From Acanthaster planci (lineage: Eukaryota), in NCBI RefSeq assembly GCF_001949145.1, contig NW_019091404.1:1860001-1922000 (forward strand): a stretch of DNA of 62,000 bases, given 5' to 3'. Made by a program: the position numbers and the translations under genes. Positions 12,101 through 24,581 of the stretch are shown here, piece after piece (position 1 is the stretch's first letter; every line of letters starts with the position of its first letter). A model generated the notes under the pieces. It saw nothing but the letters and a program-made list of their open reading frames with translations. It was not told the origin of the DNA and did no database searches.

Positions 12101-15100
12101 CTTTGCTGAGCTAAGCTTTGCTAAGTATTAGCAAAATCAGGGGCCAATTTCATAGAGCTGTTTAAGCACAAAATTTGCTTAAGCGTGAAAAAACCTTACT
12201 TAATAAATAAGGTTACCAGCCAAAATTCCATGTGATGTATATTGTCTTGGCATGGTGTTCACCTGTCTTTTGGTTAGCATGACAATCACATAGATTTTAA
12301 GCTGGTAACCTTTGGTTTTTTAAGCAAGGTTTTTTTGCGCTTAAGCAAATTTTGTGCTTAAGCAGCTCTATGAAATTGGCCCGCAGGTTACCAGTGCAAA
12401 AAGGCCATTCACTTTTCATTTTTTTTTTAATGGTCTCCAGCTGACTTTTGCTCGGCATGATAAATTTGCATCAGAATGTGCACAGCCCATTATAGTCTTT
12501 TCTTAAGTCAGTATCAACATCATCACACAACACGTCATTTGCAAATGGACTTCAGTTAAAATTATCAGTGGAAAAGTAGGCATCAAAGTTTGAAAATTAT
12601 TAAAAGAATAAAAATAAACTCACTGGAGCATTCTCATCTTTCAGTTCTGGTAGAATTGTCTGGAAGCCCAGCTTGAATTTTTTGTCCACGATTTGCTGCA
12701 GGAAGAAGTCCAGTCTTGCCTTGTCTTTGTGCGGTTCATTGCCATGCCAACCCTCGGGCAGCCAATCATATGCCACCTTTCTGCCATTCTGTCTCCAAAG
12801 GACAGCAACCTTCAAACATTGAAAGAAGAAAACTTCTGTAAAGTCATGGTGCAGTGTGATTGCTGAAGACTAGCTAAGTAAAGATTAAGTTACAAGATCC
12901 TTAGTTTTTAAGTTGAAAACCGTCTTTTAAGCAACAATTTCAAACAAAGATTTTAAGACAATGACCAAAAGGCTTTCAGTCATTTGGGAGATTGGAGGAT
13001 ATTTCTCATGAGTACAATGCTGGAATTATGGTGCCGAAGTCCCACTTACGGGAATGGAGCCGTCGGAATCAAAGCGGGCCAACTGGCCCAGCGCCTTCAC
13101 AAACTCCTGCTGGGTCTCCTGGTAGAGGTAGGCCAGCCGCACGTCTGCCGGGAAGGAGTCCGTGGTCTTGGCCACATGACGGAAGAAGTCGCGGTGCTCC
13201 TTGTGGACCAAGGGGTTCTTGGTGATGAGGATGATGCAGAATCTTTCAATGGAAAAGAAGATGATACCAACAAAAAATGAACAAGAGGCTGGAAGCGGTG
13301 TGAACCTGCAGCCTCCAGAATGCTGTGCCGATGTTCAACTAACTCAGCCATTCAGCTGGCTTAGTAGGGTGGCTAAGTTGGGAACCATCAGCTGGTGGTG
13401 GTTTCCCTCACAGAAACACAACTATAAATAAGCCTGTCAGATGCAACACACTTCTTTCTTTGCTGATGATAATAGAAATTACTCGTAACTTCATCAAAGA
13501 TTTAAATCTATTTGTTAGAGCAGCATAACCCTCTTTTTGCTGGAGGGAGACTGCCAATGCCCTAATCCGTTTCCTACCTTCGTCCATACACCCCTGGAGA
13601 TTCTGGGCACAGGTCTTCGTACACCGGCTGGCACGTCAAACGGGGTACAAACAGGTACTGGTTCCTGGAGACGGCATCTTCGAGCAGGGAGGTATCAATC
13701 TTTGAAGACTAAGGGTCAAAACGGAAAGAGAGGAGATCCAATAATAATTTTCAGAGCTACAAACTGTGCAAGGATTCCAACTATTTACGTTGGCGCTGGA
13801 TGTTCTGGGTTTCTTAAATTGCCTAACAAACCTCAAACCCGCAGCATTCTGGTCGCTGGTCAAGGCCTCTCAAGTTATACATGTAGATGTTCTGCATGGC
13901 AGCCATCTTCCTGGTCGGTGTTTTTGTTCCATAGAGATACACATGAGTAGACCTTTTGTGCATATCAAAAGCACTGACTGAGAAGATGGCTGCTGTGCAT
14001 AAACCTAAATGTGCAAATGCAAAGCATGCCTTTCTTAGGGTCAAATTTTAACATGGGTCCTTAAAAATTAACCTACACAAATGACTGTCTGGTGGCTACT
14101 CTAATTTGACAGGCAACCTCCATTGACGCCTGAGTTTGCAACCAGGCCTGCTGCCCAGTAAAGAGAGCCCGGATTGTGCGATGGTGCATACTTTACTTTG
14201 TTCCCTAAATTGGCCCAGTGCGTTGCTGAATGGCAGTGGTGTCTTTTCAAATGTGGCCAGATTGGCGTGCAGTGGTGCTGTATCGCTCATCACTGGAGTG
14301 CTTGAGAAATTCTGTCCCCGCTGATAATCCGCAGGCGCTGAATGCCGCAAACAGTGATACACTGTTTCAAAACAAGGACAGATTACCTCTGCTACTGCCA
14401 ACTGAAAATGATGGCAATTCCCAGCAGCTCGGTCTTTTGTTCTGAGTACAGTCTTCTGTTACAAGGCCCAGCTCCAATGTCCCATTTTGGGCATCCCCGG
14501 CTCGGGGTACCCGGTACCAGGAACCCCGGAGGCAAGTGGTTAAGCAGTGTTACACAGCATTTAGCATAAATGAAGGAAATCTCTATTATTTCTGTTCTAT
14601 CCACTTAAAATTGCGAACTATGGATTCTTGTAATTACTTCACACTGGTTTGTTGGAAGGAGGCAACACAAAATTGTTCTCAAGTGACCCATCTCAAGATT
14701 TTGTACCTGAATTTTTTCCACGTATTCTTCACCGTCTTCTTTGAAGATGAGCAAGGTAGGTTCGTGGGCCGATACGTCGAACTTCCAGACGAGTTCCGTC
14801 GTTTCCTCTCCCTGGTTCTGGGCAAAGCCAAAGGTGTGAAGGTGACGGTATTTGAATGCCAGGAGGTGGTAGAGAAGAGACGGACCGGAGCGACGGGAGA
14901 AGAGGAGAGAGCGAGGCCGGTTGTCGTTATGCCAACCGGAGAAAAACATCTCCTGGTTTGCATCTGTGACCTTGAAAGAGAAACAAGGAATCCATTGCCA
15001 CGAGAAATTCACTGATGGGTGACAAATCTACTTTAGGCTCCCACTCAAGTTTACAATTGGTTGCTCTGACGCTGCATTCTCTGTTGCTGAATCTTTTCAG

Positions 15101-17713
15101 ACAATAATCAAGCTTCCAAATTATTTGTTGCCCTATCAGCCCCGAGCTGGACAGAGAGAGAGCAATTTTCCTAGCAATGGAGGCTCCTTTGTTGGAACTT
15201 CTCTTCACGGGTTCATGAACGACTATGAGATGAAAGCATTGCGTGCGTGTTGCTACCAAAATGAACACTCCTGACCAGCATGGCTCTTTTCAACCGATGA
15301 GGGGGTGCTTCTGCTCAGGTAAAAAGCTGAAATAGGGAGAGAGGTCGAGTGTTGAGAAGGTCCCTACCTTCAAGATCACATGAGCCTGAAGGAGCTCTTG
15401 CACAAACTGCTTCAACTTCTCAACATTGACTTGTTTCCTGTCAAAGATGACGACCTTGCCCTCAATGACGCCCACTATGGAGGGCCACTGGTACACCCCT
15501 AGCTTTCTCAGCAATGGTCGGCTATAGTCCCCATACACCGTCCCCATACCAATGCCTAGAAATGAGATATTGGTAGTTTCATGTTATATAAAGGTGCATT
15601 TGTTGACAATGTCCACAGGAAATATAAAAATAGTGGCTGTTTTAATGTCATACGCCAATTTGTTACATTAATCCTCCTATTTTACAATGAGCTTGATATA
15701 ATTTGAATACTGAAGTGCAGAGAAACATAGGCAACTGATTTGCAGCACGCTGGAGAATATTGGAAGAGACTGACCAAGTTTCTCCAGCTCAAGTACGGCG
15801 TCCCTCCACACCTCCTCCACCCGCACACAGCTGAAGCACCAGTCTCCCGTCACAAACAGCAGGAAGGGCTTACGCTGGCTCTCCGGCAGGATGCCGCGCT
15901 CAAACCTGTCCAGCGTGACCCGGCGGGAGTCTGAGCCAGCCGACGAGCCCTGGTTGGTGAAGCGAAACTGGAAGCCGTCCTGGCCAAAGTGGAAGCCAGC
16001 GAAGGGGTCGTGCCGGTGATGATGGCGGTGGGGCCGATTGCCGGTGTCCACGTGGCCGTATAGGTCATACTCTGCCCTCTTTTCCTCGTTCGACAAAATC
16101 TACGCATACAGCAATGTAATTCCATTTCAATTTCTGGGTGAAAAATGACCGAATCTCAATTGGTTGCACAGTGCTTACATGACATCACCGGTTTTGCAAA
16201 GAGAGAAAGGTGCCCCAAATCATGATTTTTTTTTCAAATTTCTGTTTTTCAGCAAAATCAGCAAGGCTAACTGCTGCCTACAGAATGGTATAATAATTTT
16301 TTACCAAATCTAAATTAATCAGGCAAGTCACCATGATTGCGACGGGCAAAATGAAACTTAATCTACATTTACGGTTTTCATGAAGAGAGAAAGTCGTCCT
16401 TCAAAGATATAACGTTACCATTCTAAGGCAAAATACGTTTTACTGTTTTCAGGAAGAGATAAAAGTGACTCAGGAAATGTAGCCAAATGTAATAATTTGC
16501 ACCTGGCACTCACGCAATATGGACCGTTTCCACAAAGAGACAAAATGGGCACAAATTCCAGCATTTTCATGAACAGACAAATGTGCTCGTTTACGAAATA
16601 AACAATTTTAATTGATTCCTACAAATATGATTTTGTGGTTTTGTGTCACTTAAGATCTTTCACGAGGTAGCTTTTTTGTCATCAAGGGAAAGTCAAAGTC
16701 TTGGGGAAATGATCGTTTGCAACAGAGACCAACTTTACGTGTAAATGCGATTTTCTCGAAACCTGGATTTTTCTCTTCAGATACCTTTGTCTCTTTGTGA
16801 AAACGGTGACGATGTATATAAATTTGTGAAATAGTAAAATTCTATTATGATATGCATAAAAGACATACAGTGCTCATGTCTTCACAGACTGCACAGCGGA
16901 TTACCTCGTATGCCTGCTGAATCTGAATAAATCTCTCCTCAGCCCCTTCCTCCCTGTTCTTGTCAGGATGCCTGAAATTTTATGTGTAATTCAAATTATA
17001 CTCAAACCAAAGCATTAATTGCAAACCATGTTGATGCTTTACATGTCGATATACATAGGACTACAGTTCAGTTATGATGAACATTCTTCTTAAAATTCCT
17101 GACATCATTTTCGTGGTTGTATACAAAGTTTTTAGAGAGTGGACCACATTTTCAAAGAGAGTCCCAGGGTCTACATTATCATGTAATCTCATTTTTTTTT
17201 ATGCGAAATTGGAAATTTCTTCCAGGTTCGGACAAGTCATTTTTTACTGTGTTTGCAATAGGCCTAACGTTGGGCTATAGGCCCTAAAGTCCATGATGGC
17301 AAAGTCACCAGGTCCCTAGTTTTGCCACCTATAGTCAAGTCTCATGGGTTTTCACAGTAAGTGGCACAATAAAGGACCTGGAAAATACATGTATAGTAAA
17401 TGTAAATATTGAACACAATAAAACGACTTATGATATTTTTTAACAATGTTGTTGCATATTATCTGAAATTCTGATCATGCGAATCAGATCGATATTCCAT
17501 TTCCAGTGTGAGGCCTAGCCGGCCTATTGTCAAGTCATGTTCTTACCACTGTCGAGCGAGATTCTTGTAAGCCTTTTTGATTTCCCTCTGACTGGCCGTT
17601 CTACTCACACCAATAACAGAGTAAGGATCAGTAAAGTCAGATGAAACACATGGTAGTACAAAACTAAATATTACAACCACAAAAATTAACCACATTATTA
17701 TTTTTTCTCCCAT
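9178..17713 (-). CDS. DNAJC16: DnaJ homolog subfamily C member 16 (ERdj8), ~752 aa, 14 coding exons
   Basis: Exons, 5'->3' on minus: 17713-17547, 16971-16905, 16099-15775, 15555-15368, 14970-14707, 13708-13578, 13242-13050, 12809-12624, 11884-11799, 11143-11060, 10825-10775, 10222-10067, 9684-9572, 9425-9178. Phases are consistent. The protein has a signal peptide, a J domain (DPYSVIGV...WHPDKN), thioredoxin WCFSC, LPELKDENAP, a TM segment (IAVLVVLAYLLAFLFAF) and C-terminal WLDRLLDGSL..WP. Confidence 0.95.
11567..11790. mobile_element. MITE copy 1 (TIR GGGCCAATTTCATAGAGCTGCTTAAGC family) in a DNAJC16 intron
   Basis: Starts gggcaaatttcatagagctgcttaagc and ends gcttaagctgcgcaatgaaattggccc. Its internal sequence is the reverse complement of copy 2. 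Confidence 0.8.
12141..12382. mobile_element. MITE copy 2 (same family, opposite orientation)
   Basis: Long TIRs: gggccaatttcatagagctgtttaagcacaaaatttgcttaagcg ... cgcttaagcaaattttgtgcttaagcagctctatgaaattggccc. Confidence 0.85.
16182..16813. mobile_element. Non-autonomous DNA transposon relic in DNAJC16 intron 2
   Basis: Imperfect TIRs atcaccggttttgcaaagagagaaagg / cctttgtctctttgtgaaaacggtgacgat, with internal copies of the same motif near 16372 and 16524. Confidence 0.6.
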
Positions 17714-19575
17714 TTTTGCTGTCCAAAATTTACACGGAATGGCGAAATAACCAAGCAGATGAGATCGTAGACTGGTGAAAATCCGACCTTTCTTGTCTTT
17801 TTCTTTATTGGAGTCTGGGTGCAAAACGGATTGTCTGAAGGCTATTCACAGGGCAGCTCTGCAAATAACGTGTGACCCAATCCTTGCGCTGTCGTCTGCA
17901 GATGCCGTGGTGGCGTTACAAAATTATTCCCCAAAACCTACAAGTCTCAGTCATTATGAGCCAAATTCGAAAATTGCGAGCTTTGAGATTTAATCTTTAA
18001 ACTTACAATTCATATATGTGAAGAACAAATTGAATGTGTTCTTTATAATAACTGTTTTATTTATACAGGGTAGCCTTATATCAGTTACAAAACTGCTTTC
18101 CATTCTTAGGTTCCTAACTAGTATACTCGAAAGGGCTGCAGTAGGGCCTACTTGACGTTTTCATCGCTTTATAACAAGGAAGATATAAAAAAAACTCGAA
18201 AACATAAACGTGAAGTCATGTATTTATTTAGAAAACCACAGAACATTTTAAAATATAACAAATCAGGCAAACACCATGGCTTCGTGATATTCTATTCAGG
18301 CTGACAGCAATCGGAGAATTCATACGCGGGAAGCTAACAAATTCGAGCAACTATACATCAAAGTAAAACGAAAAAGAAAGTCTGTAAAGACATTTCTTCT
18401 TCAGTCCCTCACTATGATTTGAGGAAAACAGACAATTTCTAAAGTTCTTCGTTGATGTCGAGAACACGCCTTAATGATGCAGGAACCTACGTGAGGACGA
18501 TTGCAAGGCCGATCTCCAAATCACTGATACAAATCATAGAGCTTATCTACTACACAAGATGGGCGCTTAATTACGCACGTTCGAATGACGTTTGTGGGCA
18601 ACGTACCCCATTATCCCCAGACCCTAATGGTCGACTTGAAGACTCATGAATGTAACCCGCCAAATCACGTCATACCCTCGGTATATGCACACATATTTAC
18701 ACCTTTAATTGTGCTTAATTAAACTCAAAGACTGGACAAAATAATGATCTCTTGTGAAATATTAATGCGGCAAGCATAATTTCTATTGGCGAATGAGGAA
18801 CTTGGGAGATCCCCAAAACTATTAAACCTATCTTACAGTGCATGATTAAACCTTGATCTTCTATTTAAAAATACTTGGATCGACCACTTCTAGTATTACG
18901 AATTACTGAAAAATACTTTAACTATATGCAGCTTATAAAAGATATCCTCACTTTATGAACTTAATTAAATCATAAAGGCTTAAGTTCGAAATCGAAACAC
19001 ATTAGCATCATTATTCAAATCGAGACTCATTCAGTCTCGATCTTACTGTGGACTGATTTTGTTCAGTGTACGTGTCTATGGTTATGCTATAATACAGTTC
19101 ACTGCCCCAAACAAGGCTGACTTTCAAATTAGTATGAAAGTGGACGAAGTGCATTGCGTTCCAAGCTCCTTTTCTCCCATTTTGAAATCTGAAACCAATA
19201 CATACCGTGGCGGCTTTTATTACGGAAAATGCTGCAAATACAGTCTTATTAACTCTGCCATTACGGCCAAATGAAATTTCCAAACCTGATTTTATCATTT
19301 GTTTTTTTTTACTCTGCGCATAATGTACACAAAAAAGGGCGCTACGATGCAGAAAGCCCTGGTCAAAAGCTCAGTTCGGTATCCCAACAGCGCATGCTCA
19401 AAATGATGCGCTCTTGCGTCCGAGGTCATTCGGGAATTGCAATACGTGCGCGCGAGGTCTGCCCTATAAGCATAATTACATGCCAACCCACATGCCCACT
19501 CAGTTCTCGAATGACCTTGCCTTTTTGAAACACGGAACTGGCTCATTATCTCTACTATTGTCGACGCAATGAGCT

Positions 19576-22500
19576 TCAGCAGGAGGTGTAGTAACCTTGC
19601 TTCGGTGGTGGGCAAGTGTCGACGATCGGTGTACATTCTTGGTTGACAATAAGTACATGACCGGGCTGAAAAACAGAGGGAAAAAAAACATTCAGAGAGT
19701 TGTCTTGTGGGGAACTATCACTGTGTACACCTATACAACCGTTGTAATGATAAGAAAACAGCTTGGCCATGCTAAACTTATGTTCACCGAAGTATACCTT
19801 GTCCGTGTGTGACAAACACGAGTAGGCCTATGCAAACTTTCATCGGAATTGTTCAAAAGCTCGGCGATTGCTTTGGAAGACTGCAGCAGAATCTTGACTT
19901 TCGATTATGGCCAATCAGCGGTTGTCTGCCTAAGCCGTAAACCCAGCAGGCCTGGCATCCAACCAATCAACAACCTAGATTCTCCTTTTGACCAACAAAT
20001 ACAATTGACTGGGCTGGCACGCATTTTGCACATAAATATTTTGCATGCACATTCTGAGTGGGCTCCTGCAAAACCTTGAGGCCGAAAGTAAGGCACTCTC
20101 AACTGTTTTAACGGCTATCGTTAGGCCTGGTCCTTTGTTTCGCTTTTTCATCAACAAATTTTTACCAGTAAATCGCAGCAAACGCACATTTCCACACGGC
20201 GAAATGTAACAATGTGGTAATAAATTATGCTTTATACCATGGTCTATAATATAAAGGAAGACCGTAATTGAACCCAAACAGACCAACATACCCCTGGGTA
20301 AGTTCCGTCTCTCAGTTGTTGGAAATGAGACACCACGCAGAAAAAGAACAGAAGCTGTAAAGAGAGAAAAAAAAGTGCGTTTCTGTTGAAGCCAAAAGCG
20401 ATGTTCGCCGGCCCCTCGAAGAACCGGTTTATTTTCACAGCAAAGACTTGTCATGTTGACAAGATAAAACTTCTTTTGCTCAGTGTCTGCAACGAAAAGA
20501 ATACACTTTGCAAAAAGAACAAGTTTCCCTGCTTTCCAAGAGCTTATAAAAAACAACTTATTCCGATGGGATTTGAACCAATGAGCTACTTACTACTGCC
20601 AACGTCTTATCACTCGACCACCCAGCTATTGTAGTCGAGGTCGAATTGTTGGCTCGAATCGCAACGGCAGTGGGCGCCCCATTTAACAGTTCAATGCTGT
20701 TGAGCACTGCTGACAAGTGACAGTATTGTTATCGACATGTCATCCTACATGACAAGTTTGTCACCATCGACCGGAACCTAACACACCGACTGTTCTCAAT
20801 GTGAAAATCCTGGCTTTTGGCACTTTGATATAAATCTACGAACATCTCGTCAACATCTTGTACGACACATGACAAGAGCAGTTCTTGTCACTGTGATAGG
20901 AGCAGTTCTTGTCACTGTGACAAGAGCAGTTCTTGTCACTGTGACAAGAGCAGTTCTTGTCACTGTGACAAGAGCAGTTCTTGTCACTGTGACAAGAGCT
21001 CACAGGTCGTCAGTACCTGTATCTGACATTGGAAACGTCAGGGATTTCTTTTTAATCCATCAGTTCAGGTTCATAAAGCCCAAGTTCATTGAAGGGAAAA
21101 TAGTTCGAAAGCAGTAATCTTTGGACACCAGTTAAGGGTATGTAACTTCGTTGTTGCATGCCTGTTAATAATCTCTTTTTTCAGCTTTCTGATCATTATT
21201 GATAAGCCGTGTGTCTAGCTATATAGGTGCAGCTTATCTGGCCAGCCGTATATGCAGACAAGACCGTGGCGTACAACTTACCTCAAGCAGTATACCCAGA
21301 AGCAGACTAGCTGCCAAGATGCCGTATACAATCCGAACAATCTCCATCTGTTCCTCCAGAGTTTGACCTTCCAAAGAGATCCCCAAGAAGTTGAAGACCA
21401 ATATGTTGCCATTCTGTGAAAAAAAAATCGCAGTATGACAAATAAACAAGCTGATGCTCTGAGTGGCAGGACAACTTATTAAGAGGTTTATAAACTGACC
21501 ACAGTTAGATCATAAAAGGGTCGATTGGTGTCTCAAATCACGAGATTTCTCTGGCCGTCCTGACGAGATATAGTTTGTCTCAGACTGTCAAGAACGCATG
21601 TTTTCCGTTTACATGCAGCTCACCATTAATTAACTTGGATTCGCTCTCAGAAATGCATGGGTAATAATAGGAGACACGGAAAAAATTTTGAACTTACAGC
21701 AAGGAGAACGATGACAATAACCATCAGAATAAGCTCCAGAAAAATAAGCAATCCTTGAAGGATCATGTAGGGAATCATCCACTCTTTCTTGTACTGAGAA
21801 GGCAAATTAGTAAGAACCAACGGAATAAAATGTGCAGCAAGTAAAAAGTAGAGAGATGGACGTTGCCATTTGCAATGGGCATGCAGTTCGATCAGAGTTA
21901 CATAAACATGTGGTGCGATTTCTTTACCATGGGCGGAGATCCATACAATTGGGGAGGTCTTCTTGGATTGGTTCCTGAATAAAATAAAATGCAACCGCTC
22001 ACACACATATTCAACTTAAAAACAACGCCCTCTCTATCTGGTGCGAGCGTAAGCCTACAACGTCTGCTTGCATAACACTCAAACAGTGACTGGAGCCTGT
22101 TTCGACGCCCATATCAGTTTTGTTTGTTGGTTTTTGTTAAGTTCACTATACCACGTGTGAATTTGTGAGTAGAATCAAAGAATGATCACACGGTATCGAG
22201 TCTGCAGTTTCGAGTTATTTGATGAAATTTATCGTAGGGGGGTAATCATTTTTGTTATTTCTGATCCCCAACTTGATGTGTCCTGCAGTGTCTTGGCCAC
22301 ATACAGTGACCGACTCAATTACAATGCACAAAACCGAGTTGTCTTCCATTAAAAAAATAACAGACATTTCCATCATCGCTCTTCTGTTAGCTGGTTCTTA
22401 CCTTCCCTCTTGTGACAGAATAAATAACAATGCCATAATTCAAACATGGCCTCCATCTACATGTATAACGAAGTTGGGATAAAATAGCAATCAAGACAGG

Positions 22501-23496
22501 CACACTGCTTAGCGAGAGAGAGAAAACTAAACTCTAAATGAAATGTGCTCTTACCTTAATCACTCCAAACAAAAGGGCCAGAGCAGACAGCCCCAACAAC
22601 GAATTCACAATCGTCATGGCAGCGTAGTAAGCTACGAAGTTGCTGTCTGAAAGAAAATGAAGTCAAAGGTAGGTACTCCACTTGACCTGATGACGGATTC
22701 AAATTTTTTGCACCCGTAAAACTGGTCTATAAAGGTTGGTTGCCTTAAATGTCCAGAGTGAAGAATGCCTTTGAGGAGATACGACCAGAGATGCTATAGA
22801 GGCTTACAATCGGGCTCATTATTTCATAGGGGCAGTTTTCAGTAAGTATTAATTCATCCAAAAGTCTCGACCAGATAGACCTGCTATATAGACCCCGACG
22901 AAAGATGGATGTGTTTCGAGCATTACCGTCAATTTGAGCATCGTGGGGGAGTTGAACCCACATCCTCACACTCTGATCAATGGATGCGGCCGCTGATATC
23001 TGAAAGGAAGAACAAAATCTTAAATCCGCACTGGATGCTGATGTGTTAGACTAATTTTCCGAAGCTGCCAAGTGCAGAATTTTGCAAGACGAAGAACTGT
23101 TTTTCTTCTCGGCATTTCAGCAGGTTGGATCTGATGTTTTGAGGAGTTTCTTCCCTGCACACTGTTCGAAAAGTCATCGCATAACCACTCACAAAAGAGA
23201 CGCGATGTGCCATCGCAGACTTCATGGCTTCCATTGTAATGGAAACCATATGTAGTTCCTAAAAATCCCAGCCAACAACTGGTGGAGATAGGCACGAAGG
23301 GGAGGGGAATGACAGTTTGTATATTGTACAACCTGCAGTAGGATTGGTGCGACATGCAGGCCGACGTTTTAAAATGTCACAGTTTCAAAATGTCATCCAA
23401 AAGAATGATTAAAACTTGGCTTACCATTGTCCATATTGCCACCACTATGGACCCAGTCCTGACGTCGCAACAGCAACACCTTTGCATGAACGGCAT
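19576..23496 (-). CDS. LAPTM4-like four-TM membrane protein, paralog A (~205 aa, 7 exons)
   Basis: Exons 23496-23425, 22999-22927, 22646-22555, 21793-21698, 21413-21282, 20354-20292, 19665-19576. Sequence: MPFMQRCCCCDVRTGSIVVAIWTM...KKEWMIPYMI...CVVSHFQQLRDG...PPPKQGYYTSC*. The N-terminus resembles LAPTM4 RCCGCCHVRTGT, and there are four hydrophobic segments. Confidence 0.85.
20561..20630 (-). mobile_element. tRNA-derived SINE head (relic)
   Basis: On minus, an A-box-like TGGTCGAGTGA and a B-box GGTTCAAATCC. No intact cloverleaf. Confidence 0.5.
20870..20999. repeat. 24-bp palindromic minisatellite, ~5.4 copies
   Basis: Unit TGACAAGAGCAGTTCTTGTCACTG. One copy has two substitutions. There are no spacers. 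Confidence 0.95.
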
Positions 23497-24581
23497 CTTA
23501 CGTCCAGGTTTTTTTCTCTTCTTTGATGAGAAAAAGCCCCCAAAACAAGAAAAATTCCACGTCTTTGTCCAAGCTCAGCAATATACCAAAATGCCCGTAC
23601 AGAAACCGCGCCTCGGTAAATAAAACGTGTGTTGGTTCAAAGATAACCTTTGCTTTCTGAGAAAAAAAACTGGTGAGGTTGGTTGATACTATGCGAACGT
23701 CACAGTTGACATGGTAAGTGCGGACGATTTTGTACTTTCGGTTTGTCTGAAGTGGTCATGAGGGGATGCGTACGATCTTTCAATTTCTGACTAGTAATCA
23801 ATTTTATCGAAGTCGGGCAAGTTTTTTTTTCCATATTTAAGGCAAATAAACTGAAGAGCATGCACGTGGTCTCAAGAGGGCATTCACAGCCACCATTGTT
23901 TGGGCTATATATTTATTCAATATCAAATTGCAGGAACAAATAAGACCCCCAAATAGTTGCCCTTAAACTGAAAATGTCACAGGCATACAAAACTATGCTT
24001 TTCTTCTGACATTGCCCAATACCTTAAAAAGTTATCAACATTTACATAATGAAGTATGACGACAGCAGTTGGTCAATATACTTCATTCTACGGTACGGTT
24101 ACACCACTGACGAAATTTGGTGGCAAGTTTACTAGGCCTACATTTCGTTAAAGAGCCTCTTTCGGTCGTTAAATTGCCCTTTGTGTCTGATGCAAGACAA
24201 AACTTAAGGAAGAATGTTCCATGATCGCACTCAATTTCAAGAATTTTTGTTGACACGTTGATATTTGTTTCAGCGGTATAAAATTGCTCCGTATACGTTG
24301 CTTAATTTGGAGGTAATTTTAGTCTTTTCCTCTTCCTTCCTGGTAAATTTATTTTATCGGAGGAGACACTTTGGGCAATATTTCCTCTCGAACTTGCTAT
24401 AAATGTGAACCATACTATATGGAGTGTTCAAAAACTGGACAGTTTCACAGCACCACGCTTTGATTATATTATGTAGAAAATACTTGAAAGTAAAACTACT
24501 TAAAAGTAAAACCCCATCCCAACCCGAATCAAATCGATTCCGACAGCCCCATCACACAATGTACATAGCCATGTAGATGTT

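Noticed and set aside
20561..20630. Functional tRNA gene
   Set aside because: A/B boxes are present but there are no consistent acceptor and anticodon stems. It is better explained as a SINE head, and similar relics occur near 8060 and 11330.
20870..20999. CRISPR-like array of palindromic repeats, and ORF 20869-21117 (VTRAVLVT)n
   Set aside because: The units are contiguous with no spacers, there are no cas genes, and the context is a eukaryotic intron. The ORF is a by-product of the 24-bp period.
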